Positions 40,301 to 51,440 of a stretch of DNA of 64,000 bases are shown here, one piece after another (positions within the stretch are counted from its first letter, which is position 1; each line of letters starts with the position of its first letter). A program made the translations under genes and the position numbers. This DNA comes from Convolutriloba macropyga (taxonomy: Eukaryota): positions 55,366,001 to 55,430,000 of the forward strand of contig NC_134475.1 in NCBI RefSeq assembly GCF_964194025.1, read 5' to 3'. Under the pieces are notes generated by a model. It was not told the origin of the DNA. It worked only from the letters and a program-made list of their open reading frames with translations, and did not search any database.

Positions 40301-43300
40301 CTGGGATTCTCTGATCAGAGCAGACGGCATAAAAAGATGTTATTTTATTCTGAGATTATCTTATGAGAGCAGACGGTTTGATTAGTGGACCTTTTGACCT
40401 GAGATTGTTTGATCAGAACAGACGGTTTGATAAGATGTCACTTCGGTCTGGGGTTGTCTGATCAAATTAGACGGTTTGATCAGAGGTTATTTCGATCTTG
40501 TATTGTCCGATCAAAGTAGACCGTCTGATCAGCGGTCACTTCGGTCTGCGGTTTTTTTTACCACAGCAGTTTGGTCAGAGGTTATTTCAACCTGAGACTT
40601 TTTGATCAGAGCAGACGGTTTATTGAGAGGTTGATTTGATCTGAAATTGGTTGACATGAATGGAGAGTTTGATCAGAGGTTGATTCAATATGGGATTGTC
40701 TGATCAAAGCAGACGGTGTAATCAAGTGTTAAATCGGTCTGAGATTGTCTGATCAATGCAGATGGTTCTATCAGAGGTCATTGCAGTCCTTTTTTAGAGT
40801 CCTTTTTCCATCTAAATTTTTTGGATCAGAGAGGAAGTTTTCATCAGATGTCATTTTGGTCTGAAATTTTTTGATCAGAGCGGACGGCTTGATCAGATGT
40901 CATTTTGGTCTGGAATTTTCTGATCAGAGCAGAGGGTTTGAACAGAGGTCTTTTCGATCAGGTATTGTCTGATCAGAATAGACGGATTGATCAAACTATA
41001 ACTCGAGCTGAAATTCTCTGATCATAGCAGACGGTTTTATCAGAGGTCAATTTTAACTGCTCTGGTTGATCGGAGCAGATGGTTTGATCAGAGGTCATTT
41101 TAAATCTGAGACTAATTGTTCAGAGCAGACTGTTTGATCACAGGTCACTTCAATCTGGGAATCTCTGATCAGAGCAGACGGCATAAAAAGATGTTATTTT
41201 ATTCTGAGATTATCTTATGAGAGCAGACGGTTTGATCAGTGGACCTTTTGACCTGAGATTGTTTGATCAGACCAGACGGTTTGATAAGATGTCACTTCGG
41301 TCTGGGGTTGTCTGATCAAATTAGACGGTTTGATCAGAGGTTATTTCGATCTTGTATTGTCCGATCAAAGTAGACCGTCTGATCAGCGGTCACTTCGGTC
41401 TGCGGTTTTTTTACCACAGCAGTTTGGTCAGAGGTTATTTCAACCTGAGACTTTTTGATCAGAGCAGACGGTTTATTGTGAGGTTGATTTGATCTGAAAT
41501 TGGTTGACATGAATGGAGAGTTTGATCAGAGGTTGATTCAATATGGGATTGTCTGATCAAAGCAGACGGTGTGATCAAGTGTTAAATCGGTCTGAGATTG
41601 TCTGATCAATGCAGATGGTTCTATCAGAGGTCATTGCAGTCCTTTTTTAGAGTCCTTTTTCCATCTAAATTTTTTGGATCAGAGAGGAAGTTTTCATCAG
41701 ATGTCATTTTGGTCTGGAATTTTCGGATCAGAGCAGAGGCTTTGATCAGAGTTCATTTCGATCAGGGATTGTCTGATCAAAATGGACGGATTGATCAGAT
41801 TATAATTCGAGCTGAGATTCTCTGATCAGAGCAGACGGTTTTATCAGAGGTCAATTTTATGTGCTCTGGTTGATCAGAGCAGATGGTTTGATCAGAGGTC
41901 ATTTTGGTCTGAGATTAATTGTTCAAAGCAGACTGTTTGATCAGAGGTCACTTGAATATGGGGTTGTCTGATCAGAGCAGACGGCATAATAGGATAATAT
42001 TTTGTTCTGAGATTGTCTAATCAGAGGCAGACGGTTTGATCAGTGGACATTTTGACCTGAGATTGTTTGATCAGAGCAGACGGTTTGATCAGATGTCACT
42101 TCGGTCTGGGATTGTCTAATCAGAGCAGACGAGTTGATCAGAGGTCATTTTGATATGGGAATGTCTGATCAAAGTAGCCGGTTTGAGCAGAGGTCATTTC
42201 GATCTTATATTGTCTAATCAGAGTAGGCCGTCTGATCAGAAGTCACCTCGGTCTGCGGTTATTTGTGGTTATTTGATCACAGCAGACAGTTTGATCAGAG
42301 ATTATTTCAATCTGCGACTTTGTGATCAGAGCAGATGGTTTGATGAGAGCTCATTTTGGTCTTGAGGTTTTATCTTGAGAGCAGACAATTTCATCAGAGG
42401 TCATTACAGTCTGGGATTGTCTGATGAGAGTAGACGGTCTGATCAGAGTTCTTTACCATTTGAAATTTTTTGATCAGAGCAGGCGGTTTGATCAGAAGTC
42501 ATTTGGGTCTGGGATTTTCTGATCAGAGCAGAGGGTTTTTATCAGAGGTCATTTTGATCAGGGATTGTCTGATCAAAATAGACAAATTAATCAGATTTTA
42601 ATTCGAGCTGAGATTCTCTGATCAGAGCAGACGGTCTTATCAGAGGTCAGTTTTATCTGCTCTGGTTGATCAGAGAAGACGGCTTAATCAGTGGACATTT
42701 TGACCTGAGATTGTTTGATCAGACCAGACGGTTTGATCAGATGTCACTTCGGTCTGGTGTTGTCTGATCAAAGTAGACGGTTTGATCAGAGGTCACTTCG
42801 ATCTTGTATTGTCCGATCAGAGTAGACCGTCTGATAAGAGGCCACTTCGGTCTGCGGTTTTTTACCACAGCAGACAGTTTGGTCGGAGGTTATTTCAAAC
42901 TGAGAATTTTTGATCCGAGCAGACGTTTTAATGAGAGGTTGATTTAATCTGAGACTGTTTGATAAGAACAGAGAGTTTGATCAGAGGTTGATTCAATATG
43001 GGATTGTATGATCAAAGCAGACGGTGTAATCAAGTGTTAAATCGGTCTGAGATTGTCTGATCAATGCAGATGGTCTTATCAGAGGTCATTATAGTCCTTT
43101 TTCCATCTAAATTTTTTTAATCAGAGAGGACGTTTTGATCAGATGACATTTCGGTCTGGAATTTTCTGATCAGAGCAGAGGGTTTGATCAGAGTTCATTT
43201 CGATCAGGGATTGTCTGATAAAAATGGACGGATTGATCAGATCATAATTCGAGCTGAGATTCTCTGATCAGAGCAGACGGTTTTATCAGAGGTCAATTTT

Positions 43301-44222
43301 ATGTGCTCTGGTTGATCAGAGCAGATGGTTTGATCAGAGGTCATTTTGATCTGAGATTAATTGTTCAAAGCAGACTGTTTGATCAGAGGTCACTTCAATT
43401 TGGGGTTGTCTGTTCAGAGCAGACGGCATAGCAAGATGATACTTTGTTCTGAGATTGTCTAATCAGAGCAGACGGTTTGACCAGTGGACATTTTGACCTG
43501 AGATTGTTTGATCAGAGCAGACGGTTTGATCAGATGTCACTTCGGTCTGGGATTGTCTAATCAGAGCAGACGAGTTGATCAGAGGTCATTTTGATATGGG
43601 AATGTCTGATCAAAGTAGCCGGTTTGATCAGAGGTCATTTCGATCTTGTATTGTCCGATCAGAGGAGGCCGTCTGATCAGAAGTCACCTCGGTCTGCGGT
43701 TATTTCATCACAGCAGACAATTTGATCAGAGGTTATTTCAATGTGCGACTTTTTGATCAGAGCAGATGGTTTGATGAGAGGTCATTTTGGTCTGAGGTTT
43801 TATTTTGAGAGCAGACAATTTCGACAGAGGTCATTAAGGTCTGGGATTGTCTGATGAGAGTAGACGGTCTGATCAGAGTTCTTTTCCATTTGAAATTTTT
43901 TGATCAGAGGTCATTTTGATCTGAGATTATTTGTTCAGAGCAGACAGTTTGATCAGAGGTCACTTAAACCTGGGGTTGTGTGATCAGAGCAGACGAATTG
44001 ATCAGAGTTCATTTTGATCTGGGAATGTCTGATCAAAGTTGACTGTTTGATCAGAGGTCAATTCGATCTGGTATTGTCCGATCAGAGTGGACTCTCTGAT
44101 CAGAGTTCTCTTCGGTCTGGGATTAGTTGATCAGAGGAGACGTTTTGCTCATAGGTCACTTGGATCTGGGACGGTCTGGTCAGAGGTCATTTTGGTCTGG
44201 AACGGTCTTAATAGAGAGTTCT
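31400..44222. repeat. Intronic satellite, ~49-bp monomer, ~12.8 kb, with higher-order repeats
   Basis: Consensus is about TGATCAGAGCAGACGGTT + TGATCAGAGGTCATTTCGATCTGGGATTGTC (18+31 bp). Diagnostic variants recur at 1176, 1566 and ~853 bp spacing. Confidence 0.97.
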
Positions 44223-44676
44223 GTTTTTGATTCAGCTGTAAATAGTTATTTATATAGAAGTATTCTACACTGGTTTGACTCCAAGATAGCTTCAAAAAAA
44301 CTATTGTGATTGTACTAATGAGGTTCAGTGCTATTGACTAGAATACCCGATCAACCACTTCAATTAAAAACGAGTCAATTTCTTTTGGTGGGCTGAGCAT
44401 AAGTTCTGGCGTTTATTTGAGCTAAAAAAAATTCGTTCATATACCGTACCTTTTTGCCATTTCATGAGTCGGTATGACATGATCACTTCCCCATCTGGGG
44501 ACAAAAACCAGAATCTTGCAAGAACTTTTTAAAATCTTGTAAGATACTTACAATGTCTTACAAGATAAGGTTCTTCGTCCCAGATTCCAACAAGAATAAC
44601 TTTTTTCTAGTCAGTTTAACTTCGTCTTGGAGTTTTGTGTCAGTTTAACTCCGAAAAAACCACTCTCATTTTTTAG

Positions 44677-44774
44677 TTGGGATTGAGTGGATCTTCGACT
44701 GACAAATATTCTCTGGAATGTCATTTGGGAAAAGTGAGCAAAATGGAACTGGATGAAAACGACATCAAAAACTA
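44677..44774 (+). CDS. Gasdermin-like gene A, exon 3
   Basis: Acceptor TTTTTTAG|, phase 0 and in frame with exon 2. LGLSGSSTDKYSLECHLGKVSKMELDENDIKN resembles GSDME LNLGGSSRVESQSSFGTLRKQEVDLQQL. Donor TA|GTTAGT (phase 2); alternative donor |GTGAGC at 44734. Confidence 0.82.
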
Positions 44775-45070
44775 GTTAGTTTTGTACTACTTTTTATAAA
44801 TCGCGCATTGAACAATCATTTAGATTAAAATAAGCTCCTTAATCATGCTTCTCTATGCTAGCAAAAATCTTTAAGCTGATAAGTTTTTAAGCTTCTATGC
44901 TAGCATTGGCAAAAGCTAAGCGTACTCCTAAATCATGATAAAGAGGTCTGTGGTGAACACGCCAATTATTGATAGTTCAATCCCTTTCCTCCGTGAAACT
45001 GTCCGTGTGAACAAAAACCCTTCAGCTAACCACAGTTTCAAGTCGCTCATAGCCCGACCGATGTAGACAG

Positions 45071-45561
45071 TGTAACAGCCCTACCCCATTATTATTCCTT
45101 AGGCAGTATAATGTTCCAGCTATTAATCTATTAATCTTATAGCGCCTTTCCGCTCAAGCTTTGTTTTACTTTCGTGCCACTGGACCATAGTGTATTTATT
45201 ATTGATAACACAATTTGGCACGCAATTTATTTAGCTTTTGCGTGTTTCAAGAGCTAATTGAGAATTTGTTCCGTTGGCCATGTTCCTTCGCCCAAACGAC
45301 ACTTGATACTTTTCTGCTTACAATCCAGTTGGTTGAGCTTTTTCTCAACAAGCTTTTATAAATAACCTATTCAGTTTAATTCAATATTCTGAAAACTTAC
45401 TTTGTCGATTATCCAAAGAAAAAGATAGAGCACAGAAAACAAGGTAAGATCAATTAAATTGAAGTTGTTAATTTCAACAAAAAAACTAAAACAACCCAAT
45501 CTCGAATCCCGCATTCGCAATTCAAACGTTCGTTTTTTTTAATACCTACCGGGTTGTTATA
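45071..45561 (+). repeat. 5' LTR (TG...TA)
   Basis: TGTAACAG...TTGTTATA; direct repeat of 48113-48603. Confidence 0.95.
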
Positions 45562-45562
45562 T

Positions 45563-45580
45563 TGGTGACAGGAGTGGGAT
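45563..45580 (+). promoter_or_regulatory. Primer-binding site, tRNA-Leu
   Basis: TGGTGACAGGAGTGGGAT, 1 nt after the LTR; one mismatch from the common tRNA-Leu PBS TGGTGTCAGGAGTGGGAT. Confidence 0.85.
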
Positions 45581-45668
45581 ATGAGGACATGTCCTTCCTA
45601 AGCGGGGTGATGTAACAGCCCTACCCCATTATTATTCCTTAGGCAGTATAATGTTCCAGCTATTAATC
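45581..45668 (+). repeat. Ectopic copy of the 3' UTR end, PPT and first 58 bp of the LTR
   Basis: Identical to 48083-48170. Confidence 0.95.
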
Positions 45669-46295
45669 AAACTTCTAGCTAATAAGGCTTATCCCCAAGA
45701 CACGCAGGCAATCAGAGACCATACTGTGCTTCAATCTTTCATTGATGGCCTTCACAATATTCATGTAAGGGTAGAGTTAAGAAAGAACAAGCCGGCTGAC
45801 ATTAACGCGGCCTTAGAATCAGCACTCCACTTCGACGCAATTTACCGTCTTGAAGCAAATGCAAATGAGACTGCGCCTTCATCTACTTCTGTGAGTTCCA
45901 TTGAAGCACTTTCGCGTAAAGTTGATAAACTCATGACCGGACAAGTTAGTTACCAACCACGTTCTCGTCCGATGAACAAAAAATCGGGTCGCAGGAGCAA
46001 CTCTCCTTACAGATTGTCTCCGTTTAACAAACGCAAGTCACCTACTTTCTCTCGTAGCCCATCGCAACACGGAGAACGTCGTCAATCTTCCTCTCCGCGA
46101 AAAACGTTTCTTGACAATTCACACAGTCGTTCAATCAGTAATGAAAGAAAAGTCAGGTTCACCGGACCAACTATTTGTTATGGTTGTAATCGTAAAGGTC
46201 ATATTAAAAATAATTGCAAAAATTGTTGGAACTGTGGTTCTTCTCAACATCAGCGACGTAATTGCCCAGAGTCAAAACCATACTCTAACCGATAG
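45651..46295 (+). CDS. gag: N-terminally truncated Gag with two CCHC zinc knuckles
   Basis: LANKAYP..IRD..VLQSFIDGL..VRVEL capsid C-terminal signature; CYGCNRKGHIKNNC and CWNCGSSQHQRRNC. The ATG comes from the ectopic LTR fragment. Confidence 0.88.
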   Translation: MFQLLIKLLANKAYPQDTQAIRDHTVLQSFIDGLHNIHVRVELRKNKPADINAALESALHFDAIYRLEANANETAPSSTSVSSIEALSRKVDKLMTGQVSYQPRSRPMNKKSGRRSNSPYRLSPFNKRKSPTFSRSPSQHGERRQSSSPRKTFLDNSHSRSISNERKVRFTGPTICYGCNRKGHIKNNCKNCWNCGSSQHQRRNCPESKPYSNR

Positions 46296-46352
46296 CTTCT
46301 TCTATCGCCATAGTCCACCTTGAAAGAGTTTGTTCTCCATTTTTAATAACCC

Positions 46353-47417
46353 ATGGCACAAAACAAGCGTATTTTTGGCATACAGTCGCTTCTTTCCAAA
46401 ATAATAATCGCCGATAATATACTGCCTGCCCTGATTGATTCAGGTGCTTCAATTAGTGTAATTCGTGCCGATGTTTTTGGCAAGTTCAGCAACTTTAGCC
46501 CTTCGCTTACATTGGAAGCATCTGATATCCAAGCATCCGCCATAAATGGCTCTATGCTTCAATTTAAGGGTATGTGCTTGCTTCCATGTCGTTGGTTTAA
46601 AAATGGTCCCATGTTTTCTTTCAAATTTTACATTTGTGCCCACCTCAGTGTTCCTTGTGTGGTCGGTTTTGATCTCCTACACAAACAAAAATGTGCAGTA
46701 GACTTCTCTCGGGGTTTATTAGATGTAGGTGACGCAGTACTGGAATGTATCAGTCCGTTGTCTCAGTGGTTTGAGGATAATTCTCCGACAACTGAGACTT
46801 CGCTTTGTTCTGTAACTTCGCGTTTCCTTATTCCACCTCGAAGTGAAGCACTCGTAAAATGTAATCTAAAGTCACATCATGCGCATAAGTTTTCTTCAAG
46901 CAGTTCGCGTACTTCGTCTGACGCGACTGTGGGTTTGGTTGAGCCCCACGTAGGTTTCACCAGTTTAAACTCCCTTTTAGTGGCCTCGTCTCTTGTAACA
47001 GTTTCTCAAAATGAATTTTGGCTAAGAGTACTTAACCCTACTTGTAATTCCGTAACTTTATATCCTTCGCAAACTATTGCGCAAATCTTACCCTACAACG
47101 AGACTGTCCTTCAAACTGTTGGTTTCAATGCTGTTGACATCAATTCAGCTGAAACTTTGATGCAGTTGTTTAAATCAAAGTTCAGCACTCTCACTAAAAA
47201 ACAACAAAAGGACGCTTTTAGTCTACTCAAGCAGTTTGCAGACGTGTTTGCTACCGACAAATGGGATCTAGGCTCATGTAATTTGCATAAACTGCGTATT
47301 CAGTTGAAAGATGACGCCCAGCCTAGCCGAGTGCCATACAGATCAATGAATCCTTCTAAAAGAAAAGATCTCAAGCTCAGAGTCAATCAACACTATGCCT
47401 GCTTCTCCAGGCCCTGA
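46353..47417 (+). CDS. pol: Retroviral-type aspartic protease plus start of RT, truncated by deletion
   Basis: ALIDSGASISVI and CVVGFDLL motifs; pre-RT segment FADVFA..DLG.C..HKLRIQL..PSRVPYR; homology is lost at ~47375. Confidence 0.88.
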   Translation: MAQNKRIFGIQSLLSKIIIADNILPALIDSGASISVIRADVFGKFSNFSPSLTLEASDIQASAINGSMLQFKGMCLLPCRWFKNGPMFSFKFYICAHLSVPCVVGFDLLHKQKCAVDFSRGLLDVGDAVLECISPLSQWFEDNSPTTETSLCSVTSRFLIPPRSEALVKCNLKSHHAHKFSSSSSRTSSDATVGLVEPHVGFTSLNSLLVASSLVTVSQNEFWLRVLNPTCNSVTLYPSQTIAQILPYNETVLQTVGFNAVDINSAETLMQLFKSKFSTLTKKQQKDAFSLLKQFADVFATDKWDLGSCNLHKLRIQLKDDAQPSRVPYRSMNPSKRKDLKLRVNQHYACFSRP

Positions 47418-47512
47418 TATTCTTCTGGACACAGATCTTCTTTCAGGTGCTTCTTCGCCTGCAATTCCGTTGCTGGACGATAGTATGGACTCTCAAGCAG
47501 ATACAGGAATAA

Positions 47513-48076
47513 CTGGCAACTGGGCAAGTGATCAGTCGCTTGAGTTCCGTCAAAACCTCTCGCAAACCTTCTCCTTACAATGCAAGGCGAAGGCCTCTGC
47601 TGGATCCTGCGGATCTAGTCGCTATCCCTGTTGACAACTCGGCTGAAAATCGCGACCTTCGAGATCAACTTATTCGACTTCGTCGATCTCGTGAGGCTCA
47701 CGAGCGTAACCTTTACCAGGCTACCAATGAGATCGACAAACTAAAAGCTCGCATTTCCGAGCTGAATCAAATGCTAGATGATTCTCGGACGGCAAATCGT
47801 CTGCTCTCCGCGAAGGTTGTTACGCTGGAGAAAAAACAACCTAAAAAGCCAAAATCCTCTAAGGTCCGCAATGCAGGGGTGAATACGGACACTATGTCTG
47901 CCTCTGAGTCCTGTTCAACGACCTGTCGTCACCTCAGAGGTCTCCAAAACGAATTCCGCTCCCTGCGTTCTCAATTACTTCGGGGAAATCATAATCCACA
48001 AAACAAGAAAATAAAAAGGAAGCCTCGCTCGCGTTCTTCGAGCTCATCGTCCTCATCGGGTTCGGAGACAGAATAG
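47513..48076 (+). CDS. Extra 3' ORF of the Gypsy element (coiled-coil, basic/Ser-rich tail), function unknown
   Basis: Stop-free for ~187 codons; heptad pattern LRDQLIRLRRSREAHERNLYQATNEIDKLKARISELNQML; stop lies just upstream of the PPT; no early ATG. Confidence 0.5.
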   Translation: MATGQVISRLSSVKTSRKPSPYNARRRPLLDPADLVAIPVDNSAENRDLRDQLIRLRRSREAHERNLYQATNEIDKLKARISELNQMLDDSRTANRLLSAKVVTLEKKQPKKPKSSKVRNAGVNTDTMSASESCSTTCRHLRGLQNEFRSLRSQLLRGNHNPQNKKIKRKPRSRSSSSSSSSGSETE

Positions 48077-48112
48077 TGGGACATGAGGACATGTCCTTCC
48101 TAAGCGGGGTGA

Positions 48113-48603
48113 TGTAACAGCCCTACCCCATTATTATTCCTTAGGCAGTATAATGTTCCAGCTATTAATCTATTAATCTTATAGCGCCTTTCCGCTCAAG
48201 CTTTGTTTTACTTTCGTGCCACTGGACCATAGTGTATTTATTATTGATAACACAATTTGGCACGCAATTTATTTAGCTTTTGCGTGTTTCAAGAGCTAAT
48301 TGAGAATTTGTTCCGTTGGCCATGTTCCTTCGCCCAAACGACACTTGATACTTTTCTGCTTACAATCCAGTTAGTTGAGCTTTTTCTCAACAAGCTTTTA
48401 TAAATAACCTATTCAGTTTAATTCAATATTCTGAAAACTTACTTTGTCGATTATCCAAAGAAAAAGATAGAGCACAGAAAACAAGGTAAGATCAATTAAA
48501 TTGAAGTTGTTAATTTCAACAAAAAAACTAAAACAACCCAATCTCGAATCCCGCATTCGCAATTCAAACGTTCGTTTTTTTTAATACCTACCGGGTTGTT
48601 ATA
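48113..48603 (+). repeat. 3' LTR, preceded by PPT AAGCGGGGTGA (48102-48112)
   Basis: Direct repeat of 45071-45561. Confidence 0.95.
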
Positions 48604-50345
48604 ACAGCAGTGATGGCGCCACGTATAATTTTCAGACTCAAAAAATCCGAAACACGGAGCAACGTCGCTCGCGAAAGAACCAGTGTGAATAAGTGAATAA
48701 TAACAAATAGAAAGCTGAGAACACGCAGCTGTGGGAGGTAATGGTTGCGTAACTTTCCTTGAAGTGACTGAGAACTTCTGGCGTTTATCGAGAACCGCAA
48801 AGTAGTTTGAGATATTATATCAGATTTTGGTAGCGACTTATGCAGAGTCAAGTAACCATGCCTTAAACAGGAAACGCGCACGTTTTAAAATAACGAAAAT
48901 CAACGGAAGTCAACTCCCGGCTAAGTAGGAGCTTCTGGCATTTTAACTTCAGGCGGTGCTGACTTTCGTCATTTAAAGAAGTTCACGTTTTTGTAAAGCT
49001 TTCTGCTGCGATTACTCAGAAACCAGAACTACTGTTTTCTTTGGAAGCAGTCACTCTGGAAGCGTTTTTAAGCAAGTGATAGCAAAGAACTCTTAGAGAA
49101 GGTAACATAGAAATTTAACTGGGATTTAATATGGTAGATCTTCCCTCCACTGGCGGAGCACAACTATTTGTAATTGCCATGTGTAAGTTTAAACTGTCAG
49201 TGGTAAGTTTTATTTGTAACTGGTCGTCGTATTATTAGGCTATTTATCTTTTTATTGATCTAACTAAACGAACCGGTCTCAATATTTAGTGCAAAAGCAA
49301 GCATTATAGTATTTTCGCATGAAGTTTTATTTTTTGTTATTACGCAGTTATTTCTTAATGGAATTCAACTTTCTAAACATTTACCATTATTTTTTTACCC
49401 TTGCATGTTTTTCTCAGACGAACTTAATTTTAAAAAGATAATTTTCTTTTTTGTCTGCATAACTTTTATTGTTTTTCGAAAACATAATTATTGAACTTTT
49501 CTTCAGCTGACAAATCACAATTATTTACTATGACAATTAAACGCGCCTTTTTTTAATGGTAAAACTCCAAAATTGGTAAATTAGTCGCTTTCACATGATA
49601 AAGTTATCTCTTTCCAATATCAGTGCAAATGTTTACTATGTGACCGATATAATAAAAAAACGACTATTTTTTATTTAAAAATCTGCTTCTTGGTTGTGCT
49701 ATCTTTCCTAACATCTATAATTTCATGGAAAATGTAAAACTTGTTATGCAAAACTACTCAGTTTTCAACTTGGAAACACAATAAATCTCATTTGAGAATA
49801 TTAAGGTGCAATCCTGATAGCGAATTACAACTTGCTTCATCCTGGCACAAAAGATGTGTTGTAACCAGAAGAGTGCAAAAGTGTTAAAGTGCACAAACGT
49901 TTCTTGTTCAGTTTTTAAAACATTCTTCGGCAGAATATAGCAATAAAAATGCGCATGATCCAACAAACGAAAGGGAATGAATCACCTGAAAGAATATCTT
50001 TTACAAGGTGTAGAACATTCCAATTAGGTTCAACTGGTATTACGTACATGATTTTTAAATAAATCACTCATAAACAACAAGATGGCCAGAGAAGAATTAT
50101 ATTTCTGCACCTAGGATTTATATACGTTGACTTTTTCTTAACTTGGGGACAATTTGCCATTCAAATGGTCAAATGACGTAGTACATGCCCGGACCATCAA
50201 TTAAACGAACTTCGGCGCAGAACCAAAACTTTTCAAGACTGCTATTTTTCTCTCAGCATTACTATGTTCATGTAATTTTTTAAGATGAATTCAATCTGAA
50301 CTTATTATTCTTTGATTTTTTCACCGCTTGGCCCCGGGACCCTAG

Positions 50346-50545
50346 NNNNNNNNNNNNNNNNNNNNNNNNNNNNNNNNNNNNNNNNNNNNNNNNNNNNNNN
50401 NNNNNNNNNNNNNNNNNNNNNNNNNNNNNNNNNNNNNNNNNNNNNNNNNNNNNNNNNNNNNNNNNNNNNNNNNNNNNNNNNNNNNNNNNNNNNNNNNNNN
50501 NNNNNNNNNNNNNNNNNNNNNNNNNNNNNNNNNNNNNNNNNNNNN
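50346..50545. other. Assembly gap (200 N) inside gene A; may hide an exon
   Basis: N run. Confidence 1.
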
Positions 50546-51323
50546 AGTTTGAAGTATTTACTGTGAAAGTGTTTGTCTTTTAAGCAAAATTTTGACATTT
50601 CTTTTTACGGAAGGTAATTTTCTCTTTCATTCACATGTGTGTCAGCAGCTGAATTCAAGTGGCGGCAGCTCACTACCAAAACTCAAATAATGTAACTTTT
50701 TTGCTTCAATTGTTATTAGTGGCTGTAGTGGTACATAATGACCTCTAATGACGTCATTTGATGTCCCCTTAGTGAATCTAGTTACTCCCCCACCACTGAA
50801 GCAGGCTGTAATAGTTTCCAACTACCACTAGTTGTTCGAAAGCAACTCTTCAGACGTCGTTAGTTGTTTACGTTTGTTTTCGTTAGCCAGGGCTCGCAAC
50901 CTAACAAGTGTTTTGCGATGACAACGTTTTCCTAAACTTAATATCACGAGGACACCATACCACTAATTTTCTTTCTTTTTTTATTTCTCAGAGCTTTTAT
51001 CGGGAAAATACTTCGGATATGATTTGATGATTAGAAGTTTATATGATTAGCTAAAATCAACAGGCTCATGTTTTAGCTATTTGATGTTTGAAAAAATCCA
51101 AAGTATTTTCTAATTTTTAACGCCAAAAATGCAGTTTATCTTTCTTAACAAATGCAGTATGAATGATCCAACAGTAGGTTTTCCACAAACTATGCCAGTT
51201 AAATCAGCAACCTCTCAGTTCCAAAGTTCTGTTACCTAGTAGTTTTTGAAAACTTCAGTTTAAGTATTATTTCATCAATCAAATGGAAGATTTTAAAGTT
51301 TGTGCAATTGAACACCTTTATAG

Positions 51324-51440
51324 TTGTTTAGAGCAAAGTTTGGAAAGGGCGGATTGACCAAAGGAAACGTTGACATGTTCGACAACAGTTCTCAAGCTCA
51401 AAGTTGTTGTAGTATCGTCTCTTGTGTGTTGTCTACACTT
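51324..51440 (+). CDS. Gasdermin-like gene A, candidate internal exon (acceptor at 51323 or 51331)
   Basis: GC-richer open stretch with TAG acceptors and donor |GTATGT (phase 0). TKGNVDMFDNSSQAQSCCSIVSCVLSTL aligns ungapped by eye to GSDME TMQKCVISEHMQVEEKCGGIVGIQTKTV. It cannot be joined directly to the long form of exon 3. Confidence 0.5.

Larger units (their letters stand above)
45071..48603 (+). mobile_element. Young, internally deleted Ty3/Gypsy LTR retrotransposon in intron 3 of gene A
   Basis: 491-bp LTRs with 2 mismatches seen; 4-bp TSD ACAG (45067-45070, 48604-48607); PBS and PPT; gag C-terminus and protease present; RT core, RH and IN absent. Confidence 0.95.

Noticed and set aside
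31400-44222. CRISPR-like array
   Set aside because: No unique spacers; the sequence consists of degenerate tandem monomers in a eukaryotic intron, with no cas genes.
49585-49677. Candidate missing gasdermin exon (..NVYYVTDII.., resembling GSDMD NVYVVTEVL)
   Set aside because: Weak acceptor, intron-like AT content, and an in-frame stop with no usable donor after the motif.
51340-51385. GGL..DMFD read as the GSDME GGF..DMPD caspase linker
   Set aside because: It lies upstream of the exon with the AY strand, so the order is wrong; the hairpin alignment fits better.
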